Below are positions 18,999 through 28,200 of a DNA stretch of 64,000 bases, one piece after another. The notes under the pieces are model-generated. The model searched no databases. It saw only the letters and a list, made by a program, of their open reading frames with translations, and was not told the DNA's origin. Position numbers and translations under genes: made by a program. This DNA comes from Chloroflexota bacterium. GTDB taxonomy: Bacteria > Chloroflexota > Anaerolineae > Anaerolineales > E44-bin32. The stretch is from assembly GCA_022561215.1 (NCBI GenBank), contig JADFRQ010000012.1, positions 3,247-67,246 on the forward strand, written 5' to 3'. The first letter of the stretch is position 1. The number at the start of each line of letters is the position of its first letter.

Positions 18999-20402
18999 AT
19001 GAAATTTGGCTTAAATATTCCGAGAACCATGCTAGGAGCGTTGGGGATAAGTGGTCTAATCCTGGGATTAGGGCTAACTTATTCAAGCTTCGCAGCGCCT
19101 CTTCTTATCCTGATTGATGGCCAGGAACGGGTTGTACGCACACATTCGCGCACAGTAGAGAAAGCGCTGTTGGATGCCAGGATCCAAATCCAGGATGGTG
19201 ATCAAGTTTTTCCCGCACTTGACCAACCAATCGATGATATCGAGGTTATTGAAATCCGGCGAGCAAGACAACTGCTACTTGTTATGGATGATCAACGGGT
19301 CGAAATTAATAGCGCGGCCAGCACGCTTGCGGATATCTTGAATGATGGCGGAGTCAGCCTGTTCCCAAGCGACCGCATCTGGGTAAATGGAATCCCCGCA
19401 TCTGATCTCACCCAACAACTCCCGTTTTTCCCAAGACAAATTCGTTTGCTGCAGGGCCATGCGATTACCCTCGAAATTGATGGCGATGTTACCTTAATCC
19501 GCTCCTCTGCCCCAACGCTGGGGGAAGCACTCGCCGAAGCAGGTATTTACCTTTTCGAGGGCGACATTCTTCGACCGGAGGCATCCACTCCATTTGCGGG
19601 GATACAGACGGTGAGTCTGGTGCGCAGCAGAGATACAACAATCAGGATTGGATTGCAACAAATCAGAACAAGACTGGCGGCAAATTCCATTGGCGAAGCG
19701 CTCGCCGAAGTAGATCTAGCTTTGCTCGGAGCCGATTACTCAATCCCCTCGGCCTCCAGCCCGCTTCCCGAGGATGGAATGATTGAAGTAATCCGTGTCT
19801 CTGAAGAAGTCATCCTCGAGCAAACTCCGATAGCATTCGAAACCGTCTATTATCCTAATCCTGAGCTGGAGATCGATTCACAGTCGGTCGTTGAAGGAGG
19901 AAGTTTTGGGGTCTTGGCAAGCAGGGTTCGCATCCGCAAGGAACAGGGCGTTGAGGTGGCACGCGTAGTTGAAGACGAATGGGAAATGCGCAGCCCAGAA
20001 CCTCGAAGGATCGGATACGGTACGGTTATTACCATCCGCAGCATCAATACGTCAGATGGCCCCCTTGAGTATTGGAGAGCGGTCCGAATGTATGCCACAT
20101 CCTATTCTCCCTCGCGTGCTGGTGTTCCTGATGATTACGAATATTTCGGCATTACGGCATGCGGCAAACAGCTTGTAAAAGGACTGGTGGCCATCGACAG
20201 GCGTTACATACCCTTCTATACACGGATGTACGTTCCCGGATACGGCTATGCGGAGGCTTGTGATACAGGAGGCGGTGTAAAGGGACGCTGGATCGATTTG
20301 GGGTATGACGACAGCAATTATGAACCTTGGCACCAGTACGTCATGGTCTATTTCCTTACTCCGGTGCCACCCCTGGATACCATCGCATGGGTTTTTCCAT
20401 GA
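18999..20402 (+). CDS. YabE/RpfB-like cell wall protein (DUF348 ubiquitin-like repeats + G5 + 3D domain)
   Basis: TVEKAL...D-x-V-x-P repeats; G5 region; 3D motifs ATSY, VAID, DTGG, IDL; lies upstream of rsmA. Confidence 0.85.
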   Translation: MKFGLNIPRTMLGALGISGLILGLGLTYSSFAAPLLILIDGQERVVRTHSRTVEKALLDARIQIQDGDQVFPALDQPIDDIEVIEIRRARQLLLVMDDQRVEINSAASTLADILNDGGVSLFPSDRIWVNGIPASDLTQQLPFFPRQIRLLQGHAITLEIDGDVTLIRSSAPTLGEALAEAGIYLFEGDILRPEASTPFAGIQTVSLVRSRDTTIRIGLQQIRTRLAANSIGEALAEVDLALLGADYSIPSASSPLPEDGMIEVIRVSEEVILEQTPIAFETVYYPNPELEIDSQSVVEGGSFGVLASRVRIRKEQGVEVARVVEDEWEMRSPEPRRIGYGTVITIRSINTSDGPLEYWRAVRMYATSYSPSRAGVPDDYEYFGITACGKQLVKGLVAIDRRYIPFYTRMYVPGYGYAEACDTGGGVKGRWIDLGYDDSNYEPWHQYVMVYFLTPVPPLDTIAWVFP

Positions 20403-21262
20403 TCGAGCCTACCCAAATAAAAACCAATGCTTTTAAAAGTATTCACCCCAGAAAGCTCCTGGTGCGTTATGGACTCAAGCCCGATAAGAGCCTCGGTCAA
20501 AATTTCTTGTTTGATCGAAGTGCATTGCAAAAAATCATTCGCGCGGCGAAGCTTTCGGGCGATGAAACGGTTCTAGAAGTAGGCGCTGGATTAGGTTCAT
20601 TGACGCGCCACTTGGCATCGGCTTCGGGCGAAGTAATTGCCGTCGAATTCGACCGGCGTCTCATTCCAGCTTTGCAATTTATCACGGAAGATCTGCACAA
20701 TGTATCCATTATTGAAGGGGATATTCTTAAGCTGAACATAGGTGATCTCGTTAAAGGGAAACCCTATCTCGTGGTCGCCAATATTCCCTATAATCTCACA
20801 TCAAAGTTGATCCGGCTGCTTCTCGAAACTCCCAGTCCAGCCGAGAACATCATCTTAACCATTCAAAAAGAGGTCGCGGAACGAATTGTTCCCCGCAAGC
20901 GTGATCTTAGTTTGCTGTCGCTTAGCGTGAGTTTATATGCAATTTCTACTATTAGGGGGAGTATTGCTGCAGGTTCGTTCTACCCGAAACCCTCGATAGA
21001 TTCCCGTATTCTGGAAATCACACCATACAAAGAACCAATCGTAGATGAGGATCTTATCCCAACCTTGTTTAAAATGGCACGCGCGGCGTTCAACCAAAAA
21101 AGGAAGCAAATTAAAAACTCGCTCTGTACGGGATTAGGTGTGGAAGCGCATGTTGTAGAGCAATGGTTGCTGGCATCAGGCATCGAACCCAGCCAACGTC
21201 CGCAGACGGTTCAGCTTGAGCAATGGGCGAGCCTCGCAGGCCAAATGCGGGCCAGCACTTGA
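20399..21262 (+). CDS. rsmA: 16S rRNA m6,2A dimethyltransferase
   Basis: KSLGQNFL, EVGAGLG, VANIPY, QKEVAER, FNQKRK. Confidence 0.95.
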   Translation: MIEPTQIKTNAFKSIHPRKLLVRYGLKPDKSLGQNFLFDRSALQKIIRAAKLSGDETVLEVGAGLGSLTRHLASASGEVIAVEFDRRLIPALQFITEDLHNVSIIEGDILKLNIGDLVKGKPYLVVANIPYNLTSKLIRLLLETPSPAENIILTIQKEVAERIVPRKRDLSLLSLSVSLYAISTIRGSIAAGSFYPKPSIDSRILEITPYKEPIVDEDLIPTLFKMARAAFNQKRKQIKNSLCTGLGVEAHVVEQWLLASGIEPSQRPQTVQLEQWASLAGQMRAST

Positions 21263-21278
21263 TTCGTTTCCCAGGAAA

Positions 21279-22010
21279 TCATATTAAGGCTTCCAATCCG
21301 CGGTGAAGATATAATATTTGCCAAACGCGGAAGGCGGCTTCGAGCTGAATGCGCAAGGTCATCTTCGATTGGCCACTGCGGCGATCTTCAAAGTAGATTG
21401 GGCTCTCTATGATTTTAAAGCCCAATCGATGGGCGACAAACACCATCTCGATTTGAAATACATAACCCTCCGAACGTATAACCTCGAGGGGCATTTTTTC
21501 CAAGACATCGTTGCGCCACACGCGAAATCCGCCGGTGCAATCATGAATGGGTAACTTTAAGATAGCCCGCGCATAGGAATTCCCAAATCTGGAAAGGAGT
21601 TTGCGACCCATCCCCCAGCGATCATCCAAACTACCACCTTCAATATAACGTGATCCGATAACAAGTTCATTTCTTGTAATATGTTCTAAGAAACCAGGCA
21701 GGTAACTTGGCGAATGGGAAAAATCGCTATCCATTTGGACAATTATTTCGGCATTTTGCTGAAAAGCGAATTTAAATCCAGCGATATACGCGGATCCTAA
21801 CCCGAGCTTTTTCTGGCGATGAATTACATCCATTTTGCCAGGATTGCGAGCCGAAATCTGCTCGGCAAGCTCGCCCGTTCCATCAGGGGAGCCATCATCA
21901 ACAATAACAATATTTAAATCCGAGAATGAAAGCGACCACAATTCCGTGGTTATTTGGGTCAGGTTTTCGACCTCGTTGTACGTGGGGAGTATGACGGTAA
22001 TGCGGGTCAT
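21279..22010 (-). CDS. Polyprenol monophosphomannose synthase (GT2, DPM1-like)
   Basis: PTYNE, DDGSPDGT, GLGSAY, MDSDFSH, GSRY, DCTGGFR, GYVFQIE. Confidence 0.9.
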   Translation of the reverse strand: MTRITVILPTYNEVENLTQITTELWSLSFSDLNIVIVDDGSPDGTGELAEQISARNPGKMDVIHRQKKLGLGSAYIAGFKFAFQQNAEIIVQMDSDFSHSPSYLPGFLEHITRNELVIGSRYIEGGSLDDRWGMGRKLLSRFGNSYARAILKLPIHDCTGGFRVWRNDVLEKMPLEVIRSEGYVFQIEMVFVAHRLGFKIIESPIYFEDRRSGQSKMTLRIQLEAAFRVWQILYLHRGLEALI

Positions 22011-22183
22011 GGATTCTTATCGAAGCGCGCCATAGTGTGCACCACAACATAACGCGGCGCGAGCGAAAAAAATCTAAACTTTCTTGGATTGGGACCGTAT
22101 ACCTTCTTCAAGTTTTTGATGGGGAAAAGCATCTTTAATTCGAGGGTGTGGCTAGCGCGAAGCGTACCTTGGAAACATGCGGA

Positions 22184-22555
22184 TTAAATCATCGCCGTAA
22201 GATCATCTGTTGTTCGATGCATATCTAAGAAAAGCAGACCAAGTTTCGCCTGTTTTCTTGCCAGCACAGTTAACACTGCTTCGCTGCCAATGGACATCAA
22301 GATTACGAACCCACTTTCGCCGCGGATATACACTTGATCAAGTTGGCCTCTTCCCAATTCTGATGCGATACGCTCGCCAAGCGAAAGCATTGCTGCGGAC
22401 ATTGCCGAAACGCGGTCTTCCTCAACATCTGCAGGCAATGCGGAGGCCATCGTTAACCCATCAACACTTATCACCGCCGACGCCTCGACATCGGGAGAGG
22501 ATGATTGCAAATCCCGCAGACGATCCACCATAAGTTCAGTGCGCGATTTTGTCAA
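22184..22555 (-). CDS. Roadblock/LC7 domain protein (MglB-like)
   Basis: SVDGL...EDRVSAM...ELGRG...KLGL; GGAGGAG before TTG at 22555. Confidence 0.9.
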   Translation of the reverse strand: MTKSRTELMVDRLRDLQSSSPDVEASAVISVDGLTMASALPADVEEDRVSAMSAAMLSLGERIASELGRGQLDQVYIRGESGFVILMSIGSEAVLTVLARKQAKLGLLFLDMHRTTDDLTAMI

Positions 22556-22728
22556 ATCTGTGCTCCTCCGCAATAGTGTTTTCCAAACTTATTTGACTGA
22601 CGCTAAGAAGCATAGCGATTTTTCTCTGACAGGCAAGCATGGGAGACCTCGATATTTTGCGCTATAATGCTCGATCGCCGGGAGGCAGCGGGCCTTCCGA
22701 AACCACTATTTGATACTTGGAGAAGCAT

Positions 22729-23391
22729 ATGCCAGAGTGGCTTGAGACGGAAATTATTTCTATTCTTACCGACCTTTTTCAGACGATAGGTTGGGGAGGT
22801 GTTCTCGGTATCATGGCACTTGAAAGCGCCAATATTCCCATCCCCAGCGAAGTCACCATGCCGTTGGCGGGTTGGTTACTGGTGGAAGATGTCGGCGGAA
22901 CGGCGCTGCAGTCGATTTGGTTGGGGGGTCTGTGGGGTGGAATTGGATGCACCGTGGGATCACTCGCCTCGTACGCGCTCGGTGCCAGGGGTGGCCGTCC
23001 ATTCCTCGCAAAGTATGGAAAATATTTAATGATCAGCCCACACGATCTTGAGCTCGCCGATAGATGGTTTGCAAAATACGGTGATCGGACGGCATTTTTC
23101 TCGCGCTTGCTTCCAATTGTTCGAACTTTTATCTCATTTCCGGCAGGGGTTGCAAGAATCCCCTTGAGGCCATTTCTTATTTATACCTTCATAGGATCTT
23201 TTATTTGGACCGCGGGGCTTTCGTATGGAGGTTTTGTTTTTGGCTCGCGCTGGGAGGAACTAAGAGCAGTAATGCGCCCCTTTGATATCCCCATTGCAAT
23301 CGTCATTCTCATCGGGCTTAGTTTTTATATCTATCATCACGTGCGCCGAGGAATTCAATCCAAAGCAGAGGATGCAACCCCTCGGTCTTGA
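22729..23391 (+). CDS. DedA family membrane protein
   Basis: ESANIPIPSE, RLLPIVRTFISFPAG. Confidence 0.9.
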   Translation: MPEWLETEIISILTDLFQTIGWGGVLGIMALESANIPIPSEVTMPLAGWLLVEDVGGTALQSIWLGGLWGGIGCTVGSLASYALGARGGRPFLAKYGKYLMISPHDLELADRWFAKYGDRTAFFSRLLPIVRTFISFPAGVARIPLRPFLIYTFIGSFIWTAGLSYGGFVFGSRWEELRAVMRPFDIPIAIVILIGLSFYIYHHVRRGIQSKAEDATPRS

Positions 23392-24563
23392 ACCTCCAGC
23401 ACCCGAGGGCTTAATCTTTTTGCGATGCGGGGCAGTGCGAAGATGGCGATGATGACCATCCCCACAATTGCGATTGGCAATGCGTTTTCTAGCAGCCGAT
23501 AGGCCTGCGTAACAGAATCTTCCACTTTGGCGCCTTCAAGAATCGCAAGGCTGATCGCAATCGCATTCCACAGTCCATGAAAAGCGACAGCAAGAAAATA
23601 ACCTAATCCCAGACGACTCCAACGTTTGCGAACGATCCCCTCTGCCAACCCCCAAGTGGCTATACCTGTTGTAAAAGCATGCATTAAGGTTGCCCCTGCG
23701 CGGGCAACCATGACGGCAAGCCAGGCATCTGTCTGTTGGGAAAGCAGAATTCCCTCGATCAATCCGTAGGAAGCGCCGCCAATCACGCCACTTAAGAAGG
23801 CTTCTGCCGGGGACAATCCGCGTCGTAACAGTGGCCAAATTACCATTGTTTTAAGCGCTTCTTCCAGCAGTGGCACAAGCAGCGAAACAAAGCCGAAGAT
23901 CAGCGCAAGCACCCAGGGCATTGCCATCAGCAGTTCGGTAACCTCTGTGATCTCTGAAGAGGATAGATTTGCGAGCAGATCCAAGAGCGCACGACCCTCA
24001 ATCGAGCCCGATGCTCCCAACACGAAGAGCAGCAGCACGGGGATCAATAAAATAATCTCACTGAAAAACGCAAAAAAGGGGACCGCCCACAGACCGACGG
24101 TAAATTGGCCCCACAACCTGCGTTTCGAAAGGGCAGGACTATGTTTTCGGACGAGCAATATTGCAAAGGTGCTCGATCCACAAGCGCCCAAAATTTGTGC
24201 TGCCGGTCCCAGGATATTGGGAAATAGGCCTGCATTGAAGCCGATAAAGCCCAAACCAAGCGCAATGGGGAAAACCGTGACGGGAATTAGCGCTGCCGCT
24301 CTGGATATTGGCCGCCGCGCATCCCGCATGCCCCGCAGACTGCGAAATCCAAATAGAACTGCCGGGACGCCGGCAAGTGACAGAAAGATAAAAATTACAA
24401 ACCATGTTGCAGTTTGAGAGGTGAGCTCAGGATTTCCCATAAGCAACGAGATCACTGAAAATGCCCCACTTAACATGGCGATTCCCAGGGTGATCATGCT
24501 CCCGGCTATGGCAAAGATGAAGAACCACAAATCGGAGGATCTGGCTTTTCGCGGAATAGTCAT
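23355..24563 (-). CDS. PrsW family glutamic-type intramembrane protease
   Basis: Multi-TM; EEALK, GLIEG, HAF, HGLWN. Confidence 0.8.
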   Translation of the reverse strand: MTIPRKARSSDLWFFIFAIAGSMITLGIAMLSGAFSVISLLMGNPELTSQTATWFVIFIFLSLAGVPAVLFGFRSLRGMRDARRPISRAAALIPVTVFPIALGLGFIGFNAGLFPNILGPAAQILGACGSSTFAILLVRKHSPALSKRRLWGQFTVGLWAVPFFAFFSEIILLIPVLLLFVLGASGSIEGRALLDLLANLSSSEITEVTELLMAMPWVLALIFGFVSLLVPLLEEALKTMVIWPLLRRGLSPAEAFLSGVIGGASYGLIEGILLSQQTDAWLAVMVARAGATLMHAFTTGIATWGLAEGIVRKRWSRLGLGYFLAVAFHGLWNAIAISLAILEGAKVEDSVTQAYRLLENALPIAIVGMVIIAIFALPRIAKRLSPRVLEVQDRGVASSALD

Positions 24564-25831
24564 CGAGACTCGACGCTCACAGTTTTGATGAATGCCTGAG
24601 GAGGTTCGAGAATATCGTCAAGTGGATCACGTTTTTCCAGGGAGGAAAGCAGTTCAAGGCCATCAATCACTCGTCCAAAAATTGTGTGCTGGCCGTCAAG
24701 TTCCGGCAACGGACGGAGTGTGATAAAAAACTTGCTTCCATTTGAATCCGATCCGCTGTTGGTGATTGCCACCATGCCAACTTCGCCAAAATCTAATCGC
24801 GGGTCGATTTCCAACTGGTAATGATATCCGGGATCACCAAAGCCGGTTCCACTTGGATCTCCCGTTTCTGCCAATACATCTTCAATAACCCTTATGAATC
24901 CATTCCCGTCAAACCAACCCTCATTCTGCAGGAACAGAAAACTGTTTACTGCAAGAGGCGCAGAATCGGGGTAAAGTTGAATGACGATCTCTCCGATATT
25001 GAGGTGAAGTCTGACAATCAAATCACTTCCGGCGGAAAGCTTCATTGGAGGATAAGCAGCAAATTGACGATTTTCATGGATTTCGAGGCGCACAAATGCT
25101 TCGAGAACAGGCAATTCAGGAGCCAGCGGAAATAGCTCATCATTTAGGAAAATGGCCGGTGTTCCGGTGAGACCCGAACTCAATGCTGCGGTGAAGGCTT
25201 CTTCCATCAATGCTGAATAACGCCCAACCGCGAGATCATCATTAAATTTATCGATGTCGAGATCAAGCTCAATAGCGGCGATGGATAACCACCCTCTAAA
25301 CGCGTCCGGGGAAAGGTCTACCCACTCATCCCATCTTTCAAACAAGATATCGTACATGGGCCAAAACTTGCCCTGCGCGCCGGCAGCTTCGGAGGCCTGC
25401 CCTGCCAACGAGGCTTTGTCGTGGATGGATAGAAGGGGAAAATGGCGGAAAATGACACGCAGATCATCTGGATGAAGCGCTTCGAGCTGCGCCAGCACGG
25501 GCGCAAATTGAGCACAAAATGGTCATTGAAAATCCGAGTAAAACACGAGAGAAACTTGGGCGCTTGAGGGACCCTTACTCCACTCATTGGCGCTGATGGC
25601 TGGTATGGGAGCAGCAGTGGGAAGAGAACTTGCGGGCGGTAGGGTCGCCGTTGGGGGAAGTTGGGTCGCGGTGGGCCCGAGAACTACCGGGCTTCTGGAA
25701 ATCGTCGCTGTGGTAGCCGCAGGAGTTTGTGGACTCGGCGAACACCCATAGATGAAAATTGCGATGCCCAGTGCAATGCACGACCGGGGCAATTTTCTCA
25801 ATTTTGACTTTGGATCAATCGTCATAGACAT
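24560..25831 (-). CDS. Predicted selenoprotein: lipoprotein DsbA-like thioredoxin (UPFC) fused to cyclophilin-type PPIase, 423 aa with Sec103
   Basis: ORFs 25523-25831 and 24560-25498 are in frame. The junction reads YSDFQ-TGA-PFCAQFAP, followed by FRHFPL and GTP (DsbA), then FIRVI, GDPSGTG, NGSKFFI and HTIFG (cyclophilin). Lipobox IYGC. Confidence 0.88.
25488..25505 (-). promoter_or_regulatory. Candidate bacterial SECIS hairpin
   Basis: mRNA UGCGCC-CGUGCU-GGCGCA; apical loop begins 23 nt after the UGA, with G at loop position 2. Confidence 0.7.
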
Positions 25832-26208
25832 CTCGTCGATGGGATTCGGACGTATCTTGTGATCTCATTCTAAATTTCTACCAATTGGCCAAAATTTACC
25901 CCAAATGAAAGTGGTTTCCATCAAAGCATGCTCCATGAGATTAGGCGAAGAGGAGCACACTTTTACCCTCCTGGGATGCGCTGCCTGCCCAAGCGTTGCG
26001 TGCTGGTGTAGGTTTTAGCATTCGCGAGCTACCCATTATCTGGATAAATCTTAGACGTGATAGGACAAAACGCGGTTTAATCCTGCAGCGGATTCGGAGT
26101 GAATCTCGCGGAATTGTAGCAGGTTTTATTGCGCTGCGTAGTTATACAGCTCCAGCAAAAGTGCAAACCTTGTCACCTCCATATGCATGCGGTATGCTTT
26201 GATCCTAT

Positions 26209-26302
26209 GGGGGTGGTTGGGTCCCGGTGGGCTCCACGGTCTTCAAAATCGCTGGCGGGTCGCACAGCGGGCCGCGGTGGGTTCGACTCCCACCCACTCC
26301 CG
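26209..26302 (+). tRNA. selC: tRNA-Sec (anticodon TCA)
   Basis: 8-bp acceptor GGGGGTGG/CCACTCCC; 6-bp D stem with 4-nt loop; loop CTTCAAA; long variable arm; GGTTCGACTCC; G discriminator. Confidence 0.92.
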
Positions 26303-26323
26303 CTTGAGTAATTTGGGGCAAAT

Positions 26324-27550
26324 ATGCAACAAGATTCTCCACAATTGAATATTCAGCAATCCGAAGATCAACTCCTACGATCCGTGCGCGCGGTTATGCG
26401 GGTGGAGGAAGTGACCCACGGAAGTCCAGGCGATGACTTTGTTGTTCGCTTTCGAGGAAAAATATTGGGGGATTCGGAAGCTGCTTATGAGCGCTTGAAC
26501 CCGGTTTTCTCTAAGCAGGGGATGACGCTGCTATTCCGTGAAGAGGATAGTGAGCATTTTGTGCAAGGAATTCCTGAGCTTGAGAAGCCCAAGCCTTCAA
26601 ACCCATCGATAAACGTCCTTCTCTTTATCTTGACCTTATTTAGTGTCTTGACGGCAGGTGTCCTTTATTCACTCGAGGATATCGCCATAATCGAGGAAAG
26701 GGGCCTGATCCTGGGCATTCTTTCGCAGATCCCGATCGGCATTCCATTCGCTTTTAGCCTCTTGTCAATCCTTTTGGCGCATGAATTCGGCCATTACCTC
26801 GCCGCACGTTATCACAAGGTCCCGGTCTCGCTACCCTACTTTCTTCCTTTCCCGGTAAGTTTATTCGGAACCCTGGGTGCATTCATCAAGCTCAAGGCGC
26901 CGCCAAGAAATCGTAATGCAATTCTCGATATCGGCATTGCCGGTCCGCTGGCGGGAATGGCAGTCGCCATTCCAATTCTTTTCTTGGGGCTGGTACTTTC
27001 GGAGGTTAAGCCACTTCCGCCGACAGCCTTTGCAATGCAAGGTACCACCCTCGAGGGAAACTCGCTTCTTTACCTGGGAGCAAAATTCATCGTTACCGGG
27101 CAGTTGCTGCCGGCCCCCGCCGATTACGCCGGCCTGAACCCGGTGTTGTATTGGATTCGTTACTTTTTTCTCGGGCTTCCCACACCAATCGGCGGCACCG
27201 ACATTTTGCTGCACCCTATCGCCTGGGCGGGTTGGGCAGGATTGTTAGTGACGGCACTTAATCTTATTCCGGCCGGGCAGCTGGATGGGGGCCATGTGAT
27301 GTATGTGCTTCTAGGGCAAAAAGTTCGCCGGACATGGCCGTTCATTGTGGTTTTGCTGATCGGGCTGGGGGTTGTCTGGTCTGGATGGTACCTCTGGGCG
27401 GCAATGATATTCTTTATGGGCCGAACCCATGTGCAGCCTCTTAACGAGATAACGCCGCTGGACAATCGAAGAAAATGGATTGCCATTTTTGGATTGTTGG
27501 TCTTTATCCTCGTCTTTACACCGGTCCCTTTGAGAAGTTTCCTTAATTAA
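26324..27550 (+). CDS. Site-2 protease (peptidase M50)
   Basis: HEFGH, IAGP, NLIPAGQLDGG. Confidence 0.9.
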   Translation: MQQDSPQLNIQQSEDQLLRSVRAVMRVEEVTHGSPGDDFVVRFRGKILGDSEAAYERLNPVFSKQGMTLLFREEDSEHFVQGIPELEKPKPSNPSINVLLFILTLFSVLTAGVLYSLEDIAIIEERGLILGILSQIPIGIPFAFSLLSILLAHEFGHYLAARYHKVPVSLPYFLPFPVSLFGTLGAFIKLKAPPRNRNAILDIGIAGPLAGMAVAIPILFLGLVLSEVKPLPPTAFAMQGTTLEGNSLLYLGAKFIVTGQLLPAPADYAGLNPVLYWIRYFFLGLPTPIGGTDILLHPIAWAGWAGLLVTALNLIPAGQLDGGHVMYVLLGQKVRRTWPFIVVLLIGLGVVWSGWYLWAAMIFFMGRTHVQPLNEITPLDNRRKWIAIFGLLVFILVFTPVPLRSFLN

Positions 27551-27687
27551 GTGTTCTTACTACAATCCTTTGCTTGCGCTAAATAATGACGATGGTTGGG
27601 GAAACACCTCCTCGGCGGATGTCTCACCCACATTTCGCATGTTGAAAAGCACACAGCTGGAATGAAAAAGCGAAGCGAGGATGTGTG

Positions 27688-28164
27688 TTACGCCGCGAAT
27701 TCCCCGTTTAATTTCTCTAGAACTTCCTTGCTGTGACCTTTTGGGCTAACTTTTTCGAAAACAGACTCAATGATCCCTTGTTTGTCGATAATGTAAGTCG
27801 TTCGTTTGATGCCCATGAATTCGCGTCCGAAAAATTTCTTTTCCACCCAAACGCCATACAGTTCACTGACCGCGTGATTCGAATCGGCAAGGAGAGTGAA
27901 GGGTAAATTGTACTTCTTGATAAATTTGGCCTCATCTTGCACGTTATCATGACTGACCCCTATTATTACGGCCTCTCGATCGACATACAAGCGATGGTCA
28001 TCTCGAAATTCACATGCTTCTACAATACATCCAGGTGTGTCGGCACGCGGAAAAAAGTAGAGCACAATTTGTTTGCCAAGATAGTCCGATAACCGAACGT
28101 TATCTCCTGCTTGATTTTGCAGTTCAAATTCGGGTGCGATCGTGCCGACTTCAAGGATCGTCAT
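27688..28164 (-). CDS. bcp: BCP/PrxQ peroxiredoxin
   Basis: YFFPRADTPGCIVEAC. Confidence 0.9.
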   Translation of the reverse strand: MTILEVGTIAPEFELQNQAGDNVRLSDYLGKQIVLYFFPRADTPGCIVEACEFRDDHRLYVDREAVIIGVSHDNVQDEAKFIKKYNLPFTLLADSNHAVSELYGVWVEKKFFGREFMGIKRTTYIIDKQGIIESVFEKVSPKGHSKEVLEKLNGEFAA

Positions 28165-28200
28165 AGTAGTGGGACTCCAGCGAATTATTTTTGAGGGATG

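Noticed and set aside
18999-21262. yabE-like/rsmA linkage as a novelty
   Set aside because: This synteny is already known from Firmicutes (yabE-ksgA) and Actinobacteria (rpfB-ksgA).
27688-28164. Second selenoprotein (peroxiredoxin) near selC
   Set aside because: Both active-site residues are ordinary Cys codons; no in-frame TGA.
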